64,000 nt of DNA. Source: Alphaproteobacteria bacterium (lineage in GTDB: Bacteria > Pseudomonadota > Alphaproteobacteria > GCA-2731375). The stretch spans positions 381,513 through 445,512 of the forward strand of contig CBDDBZ010000036.1 in assembly GCA_965225945.1 (NCBI GenBank), given 5' to 3'. Every line of letters begins with the position of its first letter. The stretch's first letter is position 1. This document shows positions 45,803 through 56,157 of the stretch, in pieces. A program made the translations under genes and the position numbers. Below the pieces are notes generated by a model. The model saw only the letters and a program-made list of their open reading frames with translations, searched no databases and was not told the origin of the DNA.

Positions 45803-48196
45803 TTAATCGGCGGCCTTGGCGTCGGCCCGGGCGGCGGCGATCGCGCGCAGCACACGGGCAGGGGTGATCGGCAGCTCGGTAAGCTCCACGCCCAACCCCG
45901 ACAGCGCGTCGTTGACCGCATTGCCCACCGCGGCCAGCGGCCCGATGGCGCCGCCTTCGCCGACGCCCTTGATGCCGAACACGGTATAGGGCGAGGGCGT
46001 GTGCATGTGCAGGACGCGGATGTCGGGTACCTCGCTCGGCCCCGGCAGCAGGTAGTCGGCAAATGTCGGTGCCTGGGGGATGCCGGCCTCGCTGAACGGC
46101 ATCTCCTCGTAGAGCGCGGTGCCGATGCCTTGGGCGGTGCCGCCGTGGACCTGGCCCTCGACGATCATCGGATTGACCATCACGCCGGGATCCTCGACCA
46201 CCACGTAGTCGAGGATCTCGACCGCGCCGGTCGCGGGATCGACCAGGATCTCGACCGCGCCGGTCGCGGGATCGACCACGACCACCGCGGCATGGGTCGC
46301 CGCGGTATAGGCACCGGTGCGGCGCGACGGCGCGTAGCCCTGCGTCACTTCGAGCCCGCCGGGGTCGAGGTCGTCGGGAAGGTCCTGCGGGCGGAGATAC
46401 CAGGCCCTGGCGATATCCCGCAAGGTGACGCTGCCCGACGGCCCGATCACGGCGCCGTCTTTGACCTCGACGCTGGCGGCGTCGGTTTGCAGCAGCGCCG
46501 CCCCGATGGAAGCGGCGCGCCCGGCGATGACCAGGCAGGCCTCGGTCACCGCCCCGCCGGCCCACACCATGCAGCGCGACCCCCAGGTGCCGGACGAATA
46601 GGGGCTTAGCTCGGTATCGCCGTGGGTCACCCGGACATCGGCCGGATCGATGCCCAGCACCTCGTTGGCAAGCTGGGCAAGCGTGGTCTCCAGACCCTGA
46701 CCGTGGGTGTGCACGCCGACCCGCAGGTCGAGCCCGCCATCGGGCGTCAGCCGCGCCGAGGCCTGCTCGTAGAGCTGCATCTTCTTGCCGTCGGAGGTGA
46801 TGCCGACAGCGGATTGTTCGCCGAACACCCCGAACCCGATGCCGAGCAGGCGGCCGTCGGGCTCGGCCGCACCTTGGCGGCGCCGCACCCCGGCGAGATC
46901 GATCGCCGCGACCGCCCGGCCGAGGCAGGTCGGGTAATCGCCGCTGTCGAAATGCTTGCCGGCGACGTTGTCGAACGGCATCGCATCGGCCGGGATCAGG
47001 TTGAGCAGCCGGACCTCCGCCGGCTCCTTGCCCAGCGCGCGGGCCAGCGCATCGACCATCAGCTCCATCACGTAGCACACCCCGGGCCTGGCGACGCCGC
47101 GATAGGGCAGGATCGGGGTCTTGTTGGTCGCAACCGCGGTTGCGGTGCAGCGATAGGCGGGGATGACGTAAGGCCCGGGCAGCACGTCGCACATCTGCGA
47201 TGCCTCGACCGCGGGGGTGAACGGATAGGCGGAATAGGCCCCGGCATCGATGATGCCTTCGGCATCGACCGCCAGCAGCCGGCCCTCGGCATCGGCATGG
47301 ACGGTGATGCGGTAGTGATGCTCGCGGCAGTTCGCCGAGGCGCTCAGGTGCTCATGGCGGTCTTCGAGCCAGCGGATCGGGCGGCCGGTGCGCAGCGCCA
47401 GCCAGCACACGCAGACTTCTTCGGGCGCCAGGATCCCCTTGTAGCCAAACCCGCCGCCGACATCGGGCGAGATCACCCGGATGCGCTGTTCGGCGATCTG
47501 CAGGCATTCGGCGAGCCCGGTGCGAAAGACATGCGGGAACTGCGAGGTAGCGTGGACGATGAGCTGATCCACCCGGCTGTCGAATTGGGCGAGGAACCCG
47601 CGCCCTTCCAACGGCGCCATGCACTGGCGCGCGGTGCGGAACTCGCGGCTCAGCGTGATCGCCGCGCCCGATGCCGCGGCCTCTATGTCGCCGTCATGGG
47701 CGATTTCGAGAAACACGTTCTCGTCCCAGCCATCGTGCAGCACGGGCGCGTCCGGGCGCCGCGCGTCCAGCATTTCGGTGATCGCGGGCAGGTCCTCGAG
47801 GTCGAGCACGATCCGCTGGGCGATGTCCTCGGCCTCGGCGCGCGTGTCGGCCAGGCACACCGCGACCGGCTCGCCGGCATAACGCACCCTGCGCTGGGCC
47901 AGCACCGGCTGGTCGCAGGGCCTGAACCCCGGCACGCCGGCCACTGCGCGGAGCGGCCGGACCCCGCCGGGATCACCTGCGGGATCACCTGCGAGATCAC
48001 CGGCGATGAAGACCGAATCCGCGACGTCGTCGGGAATGTCGATGCCGCGCAGCCGCGCATGCGCAGCCGGGCTTCTGACGAAGGCGGCCTCCAGCATGCG
48101 GTCGAGCCTGAGGTCGCCGACGAACTGTCCGCGCCCGCGCAGGAACCGCTCATCCTCCTTGCGGGGAAGCCTGGCGCCGAGCCCCTTCGCAGCCAA
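45803..48196 (-). CDS. Xanthine dehydrogenase/CoxL-family molybdopterin-binding subunit
   Basis: TTG start after AGGAGG; GGGFGYK, YRGVAR, HGQG, WGSR, KGVGE. Confidence 0.92.
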   Translation of the reverse strand: MAAKGLGARLPRKEDERFLRGRGQFVGDLRLDRMLEAAFVRSPAAHARLRGIDIPDDVADSVFIAGDLAGDPAGDPGGVRPLRAVAGVPGFRPCDQPVLAQRRVRYAGEPVAVCLADTRAEAEDIAQRIVLDLEDLPAITEMLDARRPDAPVLHDGWDENVFLEIAHDGDIEAAASGAAITLSREFRTARQCMAPLEGRGFLAQFDSRVDQLIVHATSQFPHVFRTGLAECLQIAEQRIRVISPDVGGGFGYKGILAPEEVCVCWLALRTGRPIRWLEDRHEHLSASANCREHHYRITVHADAEGRLLAVDAEGIIDAGAYSAYPFTPAVEASQMCDVLPGPYVIPAYRCTATAVATNKTPILPYRGVARPGVCYVMELMVDALARALGKEPAEVRLLNLIPADAMPFDNVAGKHFDSGDYPTCLGRAVAAIDLAGVRRRQGAAEPDGRLLGIGFGVFGEQSAVGITSDGKKMQLYEQASARLTPDGGLDLRVGVHTHGQGLETTLAQLANEVLGIDPADVRVTHGDTELSPYSSGTWGSRCMVWAGGAVTEACLVIAGRAASIGAALLQTDAASVEVKDGAVIGPSGSVTLRDIARAWYLRPQDLPDDLDPGGLEVTQGYAPSRRTGAYTAATHAAVVVVDPATGAVEILVDPATGAVEILDYVVVEDPGVMVNPMIVEGQVHGGTAQGIGTALYEEMPFSEAGIPQAPTFADYLLPGPSEVPDIRVLHMHTPSPYTVFGIKGVGEGGAIGPLAAVGNAVNDALSGLGVELTELPITPARVLRAIAAARADAKAAD

Positions 48197-48329
48197 TCTC
48201 GCCCTCCTTCGCGAACCGAAGGACAATGCCAGTTTTTCGGGCTTGCCGGCAACGGCGCGGCGCTCGACCCCGCGCGGCGACTCGCCTAGGCTGGCGGGGC
48301 GAACACCGAGTTTCCGGGAGACCGCCGCG

Positions 48330-48941
48330 ATGGACGACCGACCGAGCGGGCCCGCCGGGCCCGCCGGCATCGATGCCGGCGCCAAGAAGGCCGGGATTGG
48401 CCACAACCAGCCCACCGAAGTGGTCTGGGAGCGCTGGCAGAAAAAGCGCACCTTCGTGCGCGCGCTCGAAGGCACCTATGGCGAGCTGCAGCGGGCGCTC
48501 TACGACCAGCCCCGGGTCTACAGCGCGCTCGACCAGGAATGGCGCGGCGGCCCGCAGCTCTACAACAAGACCATCGTCAACCCGATGAAGACCGACATCG
48601 CCCAATCGATCGAGACCCACATCTCGGTGCTGGCGCCCCGGGGCACGGGCCAGCGCCACGGCCATATGAACTCGGCGATCTTCTATTGCCTGCGCGGCAC
48701 CGGCTACGACATCCACGACGGCAAGCGCCACGACTATGAGGCGGGCGACGTGATGGTGGTCGAGAACGGCTGCGTGCATCAGCACTTCAACGCCTCGGAC
48801 GACGAGGACCTGGTGCTTTTGGTGATGAAGGCCAAGCCGTTGTTCCTGTTCATGCACATGCTGTTCCAGAAAGTGGCGAAATTTCCGCCCACCGACGCGG
48901 TGCCGGGCTGGGAAGCCTGGACCCCGCCGATGGACATTTAG
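48330..48941 (+). CDS. Cupin-domain protein
   Basis: RHGHMN..GTG, GDVMVVE..VHQHFN. Confidence 0.85.
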   Translation: MDDRPSGPAGPAGIDAGAKKAGIGHNQPTEVVWERWQKKRTFVRALEGTYGELQRALYDQPRVYSALDQEWRGGPQLYNKTIVNPMKTDIAQSIETHISVLAPRGTGQRHGHMNSAIFYCLRGTGYDIHDGKRHDYEAGDVMVVENGCVHQHFNASDDEDLVLLVMKAKPLFLFMHMLFQKVAKFPPTDAVPGWEAWTPPMDI

Positions 48942-48950
48942 GAGCGCACG

Positions 48951-49907
48951 ATGAGCGAGCGGGTGATCTATCTCAACGGCGAGTTCGTGCCCGAGAGCGC
49001 GGCAAAAGTCTCGGTGCTGGATTGGGGCTTCTCGGGCGGCGATGGGGTCTATGAGGTCACCAGGACCTATGACGGCGCGCTGTTCCGGCTGGAGGTGCAT
49101 CTGGCCAGGCTCTACCGCTCGCTCGCCTATGCCAGGATCGACCCCGCGCTGGATGCGGACCGCATGAGCGCGATCGCGCGCGAGACCGTGGAGCGCAACG
49201 AGCCCACGCGCGCGTCGGGCAACGATTTCACCCTGTGGCAGGTGATCAGCCGCGGCAACCGGCTGTTGGGCGATGCGGCCCCGGCCACGGTGGTGATGTA
49301 CTGCCTCGATGTCGGTTTTGCCGGATTTGCGCATGCCTATCTCGACGGGCTCAAGCTGGTCACGCCTGGTGTGCGCCGGACCCCGCCGCAATGCGCCGAT
49401 CCGAAGGCAAAGCTCACCAACCGGATGAACCAGCTCCAGGCGCGTTTCGAGGCGCAGCAATCCGATCCGGAAGCGCTGCCGCTGATGCTCGATCTCGACG
49501 GCAACATCGCCGAATCGAACACCGCCAATTTCTTTTTCGTTTCCGGCGGCAGGCTGTGCACGCCGCGCGCGCGCAACGTGCTGGGCGGGATCACCCGCAC
49601 GACCATCCTGGAGATCGCCCGGGATCTGGGGATCGAGATCGTCGAGGGCGATTTCTCGCCCTATGACGTCTATACCGCCGAGGAGGCGTTCCTGTCGGGC
49701 ACCAGCGGCACCGTGCTGCCGGTCCGCAGCCTCAATGCCAGCCCGGTGGGCGGCGGCGAGGCGCTGCCGGGGCCGGTGACGATGCGGCTGATCCGCGCCT
49801 GGAACGAGTTGGTCGGGCTCGATTTCGTCGCCCAAGCGCTGGGCCATCTGGGCGACAACAAGCGCGCCCAAGCGCTGGCCGAATGGGAAAAGCGCCTCGC
49901 CGCCTGA
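48951..49907 (+). CDS. Class IV PLP aminotransferase
   Basis: YLNGEF, GDGVYE, HLARL, AK, ESNTANFF, LGGITR. Confidence 0.92.
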   Translation: MSERVIYLNGEFVPESAAKVSVLDWGFSGGDGVYEVTRTYDGALFRLEVHLARLYRSLAYARIDPALDADRMSAIARETVERNEPTRASGNDFTLWQVISRGNRLLGDAAPATVVMYCLDVGFAGFAHAYLDGLKLVTPGVRRTPPQCADPKAKLTNRMNQLQARFEAQQSDPEALPLMLDLDGNIAESNTANFFFVSGGRLCTPRARNVLGGITRTTILEIARDLGIEIVEGDFSPYDVYTAEEAFLSGTSGTVLPVRSLNASPVGGGEALPGPVTMRLIRAWNELVGLDFVAQALGHLGDNKRAQALAEWEKRLAA

Positions 49908-49937
49908 CCATTCGCCGCCTGATTATTCGCCACCTGA

Positions 49938-50815
49938 TTATTCGACCGGCATCTCGCCCTCGATCGTGCAGCGGCGCAGCAGACGGGGCTCGTCCTTGGG
50001 GAAATAGGTCTGGCCGTGGGTGGCGCAGCGGTTGTCCCACATCACCACATCACCACGTCGCCCAGCCGCCAGACATGCTCGTAGACGAATTCGTGCTGCT
50101 CGGCGTGATCGAACAGCGCCTCCAGGATCCGGCGGCTGTCGTCCTCGTCCAGGCCCTCGATGCGCGCGGTCATCAGCCGGTCGACGAACAGCGATTTCCG
50201 CCCGGTCTCGGGATGGGTGATGCAGACCGGATGGAAGTGGTGCGGCACGTTCGAGATGTCGCCGGAGATATCGACCTTGGCGGAGCGCTTGTATTCGTGG
50301 ATGTGCAGCGCCTGCTTGCCGGCGAGCTTTTGCCGGGTCTTCTCGGGCAGCGTCTCGTAGGCCCGGTACATGTTGGCGAACCGCGTGTTGCCGCCGTGGG
50401 ACGGCAGTTCCAGCGCGTGGAGGAAAGTGTACTTATAGGGCCGTTCGGCATAGCCCGAATCGATGTGAAACCACATGTCGCCGTCGCCGAATGCCCCGAC
50501 CGGCCGGCCGTCGACGATCTTGTTGGTAACCAGGATCACGTTTGGATCGGTCTGCTGGCTGCCCTCGACCCGGGACTTTAGCGCCTCGGGCGGCTTCTTG
50601 CGCTTGCCGAGCGTGCCGAACCGGGCGGCGAAGCGAAGCTGGGCGGCCTCGCTCAGGTCCTGGTCGCGGAACACCAACACGATATGGCGGTTCCACAGCC
50701 GGCGGATGTCGGCAATCGTCTGCTCGGGCAACGAGACGCCGAGATCGAGCCCCTTGATTTCCGCGCCCAGGGCCGGTGCCAGCGGCTCGACGCCGAATCC
50801 GATCGGCTGGTCCAT
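49938..50815 (-). pseudogene. TauD/TfdA dioxygenase frameshifted by an 8-bp duplication
   Basis: FHID motif; ATCACCAC duplicated at 50041-50056; removal restores WDNRCATH..RLLRR in a 289-aa ORF. Confidence 0.88.
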
Positions 50816-50942
50816 GGCCGTCCTTTCGGAAGGTTCGCCAAACCATCCTAACGCGCCCGCCTCGCGGTTTCCATTGCGCGGTGGGGCCGCTAAATGCTTT
50901 GCTGTGGCGGTCCCCAAATAGAGCCGATAACCGAGAGGACGG

Positions 50943-51329
50943 ATGATGGCTAAGCCCAGCGACGACAGGCCACCGGTCGCGGTCGGTCATGTCAGGATGA
51001 ACGTCAACAACCTCGATCCGGCCTGCGACTTGCTCGAGCGCCTGGGGGTGCGCCCGGTCACGAGGCGCGAGGCCTTTGCGGTCATGGAGCTTCGCGGCGG
51101 CACCCATCTGATCGTCAGCGCCGGCGAAACTGCGATCGAGCCGGGCCAGATGGCGCCGATCGATCTGATGGTCGATGACGTGCTCGCCACCCATGCGCAA
51201 TACCGGGAGATGGGGCTGGCGCCATCCGACATCACTTTGGGCACCATCCACAGCTCGTTCACCATTCCGTTCACCGACGGCTACCAACTCAAGATCACGT
51301 CCTCGCATACCTCCGGCCGCCCGGTCTGA
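50943..51329 (+). CDS. VOC/glyoxalase-family protein
   Basis: VGHVRM, ELRGGTHL, IDLMVDD. Confidence 0.75.
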   Translation: MMAKPSDDRPPVAVGHVRMNVNNLDPACDLLERLGVRPVTRREAFAVMELRGGTHLIVSAGETAIEPGQMAPIDLMVDDVLATHAQYREMGLAPSDITLGTIHSSFTIPFTDGYQLKITSSHTSGRPV

Positions 51330-52441
51330 TGCGGGCGTTGCTCGGCGCCGTGCTGCTCGGCGCCGTGCTGCTGCCAGCCGGGGCCGGCGCGGCCGAGTAC
51401 CGCTCGCAACGCCACGCCTTCGCGCTGGTCGCGGTCTCCGAGCCGCTGGACCAGGCCTGGGGCCTCGCCTTCCTGCCCGACGGCCGCATGCTGGTGACCG
51501 AAAAGGCCGGCAACCTCAGGATCGTCAGGCGCGACGGAAAGGTCTCGGCCCCGCTCGGCGGCCTGCCGCGGATCGAGGCCTATGGCCAGGGCGGGCTGCT
51601 CGACGTGGTCCTTCACCCGAACTTCGCCGCCAACCGGCTGGTCTATCTGACCCACGCCTGGCCCGCCGACAGCGGGTTCAGCACCGCGGTCAGCCGGGCC
51701 CGGCTGGGCGCCGGAAGGCTCGAAGAGTTCGAGACCATCTTCACCGCGCGACCGGGCAGCCGGGCCGGCCGGCATTTCGGCTCGCGCATGGTGTTCGGCG
51801 GCGACGGCAAGCTCTATGTCACCCTCGGCGACCGCGGCATGCGGGCCAACGCCCAGGATCTCGGCCGCCATGCCGGCTCGGTGCTGCGGCTGAACGATGA
51901 CGGAACCGTGCCGCCAGACAACCCGTTCATCGGCCGGGCGGGTGCCTTGCCGGAAATCTGGTCCTGGGGGCACCGCAACCCGCAAGGGCTTGCGATCGAC
52001 CGGGCGAGCGGGCGGATCTGGTCGCACGAGCACGGCCCGCGTGGCGGCGACGAGGTCAACGTGATCGCGCGCGGCGCGAATTACGGCTGGCCGGTGATCA
52101 CTTACGGGCGGAACTATTCCGGCACCAAGATCACCGACGAGACCGCGCGGCCCGGAATGGCCCAGCCCAAGACCTACTGGGTGCCCTCGATCGCGCCCTC
52201 GGGGCTCGCGTTCTACGACGGCGAGGCGTTCCCCAACTGGCGCGGCAACCTGTTCGCCGGCGCGCTGCGCGGCCAGCTCCTGGTCCGGCTGACGCTCGAC
52301 GGCGGCCGGGTGGTGAGCGAGGAACGATTGCTGCGCGATTTCGGCAATCGGACCCGTGACGTCCGCACCGGCCCGGACGGCTACATCTACCTGCTGCTCG
52401 ACGAGACCGGCGCCCCGATCTGGCGCCTGGAGCCGCGCTGA
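51329..52441 (+). CDS. PQQ-dependent sugar dehydrogenase (YliI-like)
   Basis: Signal peptide; QGGLLD, HFGSR, GHRNPQG, EHGPRGGDE. Confidence 0.92.
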   Translation: MRALLGAVLLGAVLLPAGAGAAEYRSQRHAFALVAVSEPLDQAWGLAFLPDGRMLVTEKAGNLRIVRRDGKVSAPLGGLPRIEAYGQGGLLDVVLHPNFAANRLVYLTHAWPADSGFSTAVSRARLGAGRLEEFETIFTARPGSRAGRHFGSRMVFGGDGKLYVTLGDRGMRANAQDLGRHAGSVLRLNDDGTVPPDNPFIGRAGALPEIWSWGHRNPQGLAIDRASGRIWSHEHGPRGGDEVNVIARGANYGWPVITYGRNYSGTKITDETARPGMAQPKTYWVPSIAPSGLAFYDGEAFPNWRGNLFAGALRGQLLVRLTLDGGRVVSEERLLRDFGNRTRDVRTGPDGYIYLLLDETGAPIWRLEPR

Positions 52442-52454
52442 ACGACCCCGCGAA

Positions 52455-52864
52455 TTAATTTACCGTCATGGACACGGTGACCCCGAGTTCGCCCAGAATC
52501 GCGTTCTGACAAACGCCGCCGGCATAGACGAACTGAGCACCGGTGGCGGCGTCGAAACTAATGTTTACGGCCAGCGACTGCCCATTGTTGACGGTCACCT
52601 GCAGCGCGGGGTTGGTGTCGACAAAGATCATGGTGTTGCCGGATATTATTATGTCCGATGGCGCGTTACCCGGGTTGTTGGTGAAAAAGCTGACGAGATC
52701 GAAGATGCGGGTCGCTTGGTTCGCCGTATTGGTGGAGAATCCCGCGGCCGTCGTCGCGCAGGATCCGGCCGCGCCGCCCGTGGTGCTGGCACTGAAACCC
52801 CAATCCTTGTCCAGGATCGGGCTCATCGCGTCGTAGCTGGCCGGCAATACGGTGGCGCCGTTGA
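52455..52864 (-). pseudogene. C-terminal fragment of an unknown Ser/Thr/Asn-rich protein cut by IS6
   Basis: Open frame up to the IS6 end; lower GC. Confidence 0.45.
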
Positions 52865-54200
52865 GGCGTTGTCAGAGCAAATCGGCTTGAGCCACCTGGC
52901 GAGGTCCCTTAGCGTTTAGGAATGCAAAACCCCTTTCGATATTTCAACAGTTCGCCCGAGATCATCCGGCTCGCTGTGATGATGTATGTTCGGTTCCCGC
53001 TGTCGCTGCGGCAGGTCGAGGACCTGCTGTCCGAGCGTGGCATTGACATCTGCCACGAGACGGTACGGTTCTGGTGGAACCGCTTCGGTCCGCTGTTTGC
53101 CGCCGAGATCCGGAAGCGCCGGGTTCATCGTCATTGTTATTCGAACTGGCGCTGGCACCTTGATGAGGTGTTCGTGCGGATCAACGGGAAGACCTACTAT
53201 TTGTGGCGCGCTGTTGACCACGAAGGCGAAGTGCTTGAGGTTTTTGCCACGAAACGGCGGGATCGCAGGGCTGCACTCAGGTTTCTGAAACGCACGATCA
53301 AGCGTTATGGCCGGCCGGCTTCGGTCGTCACGGACGGGCTTCCGTCATACCGGGCTGCGATGAATGTGATCGGCAATGCAACCGCCCAGACCCGCGGTCG
53401 TTGGCTAAACAACCGGGCCGAAAACTCACATCAACCCTTTCGGCGACGGGAACGCGCAATGGCAAGGTTCAAGAGGAACCCGATTTCCGACCTACTCGAA
53501 TCGGAACATGACCATTGTTGATGGGCCTGTGGTAAATCGAACGTTTTCCCAGGCGCTGGCACCTTGCAATGAGGTGTTTCGTGCGACGAGCCGGTCAACT
53601 GTCGGCCAGTTGGGCGTCGACAGATCGCTCGAAGTGGCGTGAGAAAGCGACCTACTATTTGTGGCGCGCTGTTGACCACGAAGGCGAAGTGCTTGAGGTT
53701 TTTGCCACGAAACGGCGGGATCGCAGGGCTGCACTCAGGTTTCTGAAACGCACGATCAAGCGTTATGGCCGGCCGGCTTCGGTCGTCACGGACGGGCTTC
53801 CGTCATACCGGGCTGCGATGAATGTGATCGGCAATGCAACCGCCCAGACCCGCGGTCGTTGGCTAAACAACCGGGCCGAAATCGCACGCTGAAGGAACAG
53901 ATCATCCATGGTCGCATCTACCGCAACATCGCGGACTCACATCAACCCTTTCGGCGACGGGAAGCCCCCTTTCGGCGACGGGAACGCGCAATGGCAAGGT
54001 TCAAGAGTGAAAGGACGCTGCAGAAATTTACCTCAATCCATGCTTCGGTTCACAACCACTTCAATCACCAACGGCATCTCAACCGCCGCGATATTTTCAA
54101 ACAAGCCCGGGACGCCGCCTTGGCCGAGTGGCGTCAACTCGCAGCCTGAGGGCCTTCGACGGTAGGTCTACAGGTCCGATCCAGTTAGTCTGACAATGCC
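52865..54200 (+). mobile_element. IS6-family copy 2, internally duplicated and scrambled
   Basis: Same ends as copy 1; ~53650-53880 repeats internal transposase sequence; foreign patches incl. IS3-like RTLKEQIIHGRIYRNI. Confidence 0.88.
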
Positions 54201-54525
54201 GGACCGGGCGGACCCCGTCGCGACGAGCCCCGGCTGGTGCTGTCGGAGAAAGCCCGCGGTCGACTCGCAGCGCTGACAAGGCCTGTACGACCGGGTAGCG
54301 GAGATTGAACAGGTGCGCCGGGCGCTGTGCGAGGCGCTTCTGACGGCCGGCGGGCGGACCCCTCGCTCCGGCTGGTGCTGTCGGTTCACCCTGTACGACC
54401 GGGTAGCGGAGATTGAACAGGTGCGCCGGGCGCTGTGCGAGGCGCTTCCGGGAACCGGCCTCTCCCTGTTCGCGGCGATCGCCTTCATGCAGCACGCGCT
54501 CCAGTCGCGGGGATCGGGCGAGTGA
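54201..54525 (+). pseudogene. 3' fragment of a small gene with internal duplication
   Basis: 59 bp at 54282-54340 repeated at 54390-54448; TGA overlaps the next ATG. Confidence 0.5.
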
Positions 54526-54959
54526 TGCCGGCGCGGCGCAAGGCCCCTCGCGAGCGGCTCACGATCTCGTGCCTCGATTCGGAGTGGGAACGGATCCGCG
54601 AGATCGCGGAGCGGCGCGGCGTGTCGATCAACGATCACGCGGTTTCCGCGGGGCTGTCCGTGGAGCTGGGTCCGCCGCCGGACGCGCCGGCGCTCGCGCT
54701 GAGCGAGGCGGAACAGCGCAGGCTGCTCGACCGGGTGGACCGTCTGGCAGACAGCATGCTGTCGGAGGCGTCCGGGGGGCCGATCGCTCGCCTGCGGCAG
54801 TCGGTCGAGCTGCTGCTCATCACGGCGCTACGCGACCTCGTCCGGCAGGGCCGGGGGGACGAGCTCGGGCCGCTGCTGGCGGCGGCGTTCGGCCCCGACG
54901 ATGGGCCGGTCGTCGAGCGGCGGTTCCGGGAGTGGATGGCAAGGATAGCCGCCGAGTAA
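54525..54959 (+). CDS. Ribbon-helix-helix-like DNA-binding protein
   Basis: RLTISCLDSEWERIREIAERRGVSINDH pattern (MobC/CopG-like). Confidence 0.6.
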   Translation: MPARRKAPRERLTISCLDSEWERIREIAERRGVSINDHAVSAGLSVELGPPPDAPALALSEAEQRRLLDRVDRLADSMLSEASGGPIARLRQSVELLLITALRDLVRQGRGDELGPLLAAAFGPDDGPVVERRFREWMARIAAE

Positions 54960-54996
54960 CCGTCCCCTCCGCCCGCCGGGCAAACCACTCTTTGCC

Positions 54997-55198
54997 CCCA
55001 AGCCGGCCGCCCGGAGGAGCAAGTTGCAAATATTGCAACTTGCTTTCCCAAGCCGGCCGCCCGGAGGATCAAATGGCAAACATTGCAGTTTGATTTCCCC
55101 CCACCGGCCGCCCGGAGGAGCAAGTTGCAAATATTGCAGCTTGCTTTCCCAAGCCGGCCGCCCGGAGGATCGAATGGCAAACATTGCCGATTGATTTC
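54997..55198. repeat. Four ~50-bp tandem units, each with a GC box and a palindrome
   Basis: CCGGCCGCCCGGAGGA followed by AGCAAGTTGCAA-ATA-TTGCAACTTGCT or variant, in ABAB order. Confidence 0.92.
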
Positions 55199-55297
55199 CT
55201 TCAGCAGCAGACTGCTTGCAGGCGTCGGCGTCCACACCCATGAAGGCGATGATTGGCTCGAAGTCCGATCGTCGACGCGGGGATCAAGGCAGTGCGT

Positions 55298-55690
55298 AGG
55301 TTCTACGCCCGCTCGGGGCTCGATCTGGATCGCTCGACGCTGGCCGGCTGGGTCGGCAAGGCGGCGTTCCACCTGAGGCCGGTGACCGACCGGCTGGCCT
55401 GGCACCTGAAACGGTCCTCGAAGCTCTTCATGGATGAGACCCGGGCGCCGGTGCTCGATCTGGGTCGCGGCAGGACGAAGACCGGCTGGCTGTGGGCGCT
55501 CGCTCGCGACGACCGCGCCTGGGGCGGGACCGATCCGCCCGGCGTGGTGTACTTCTATGCACCCGGACGCGGCGGCGAGCATGCCGAAAAGTTCCTCGCC
55601 GGCTTCGACGGCATCCTCCAGGTCGATGGCTATGCCGGCTACAACCGGCTGACCGGACCGGGCCGCAAGGGCGGCGCGCCGCTGCGGCTA
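55298..55690 (+). mobile_element. IS66 transposase internal fragment
   Basis: LDRSTLAGWVG, FMDET, GWLWA, LQVDGYAGY. Confidence 0.88.
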
Positions 55691-55807
55691 ACCGACCATG
55701 CCTATTGGCGTGATTTCGGTCCATGACCGGCCACGGTCGTGTTTGTGCCGGGAACGGATTCGCTCCCCAATCCGTTTCTCGATCAGCTTGAGGCGGTTCG
55801 AGGAAAC

Positions 55808-56105
55808 ATGGCGCACGCGGATGCGATCACCCTGATACGGCGCGGACGCGAGCAACGACTGTTTCTCACGACGTTCTCGTTTGGCCATTTTGCCAACGAC
55901 TGGACCGCCGGGAGCATCCTGCTGCTCACCCCGGCCATTGCCGTCGGCATGGATCTCACGCCGGCCCAGGTCGGGCTGCAGGCGGGTGAACGGGTGAGCC
56001 GGATGCCCTCGGTGTCCGTGGCGGACGCACGGGCGACGGAGGAGACGGACGCAACCCTGGCATTCGTGGTGACGCTGAGCCGCGCCGCAACCGGGATCGT
56101 AACGT
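55808..56105 (+). pseudogene. Chimeric fragment: MFS N-terminus joined to a Calx-beta-like piece
   Basis: GHFAND..LLLTP then SVSVADARATE..LAFVVTLSRAA. Confidence 0.6.
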
Positions 56106-56157
56106 TGAATTCCCGAATCCGCTCGCGCGGTTCACTTGTCCGCTCCATATTCAAGCG

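Noticed and set aside
45803-48196. True aerobic CO dehydrogenase
   Set aside because: Lacks the AYRCSFR motif and coxM/coxS
54997-55198. Mini CRISPR array
   Set aside because: The intervening segments are related palindromes in ABAB order, not unique spacers; no cas genes in the window
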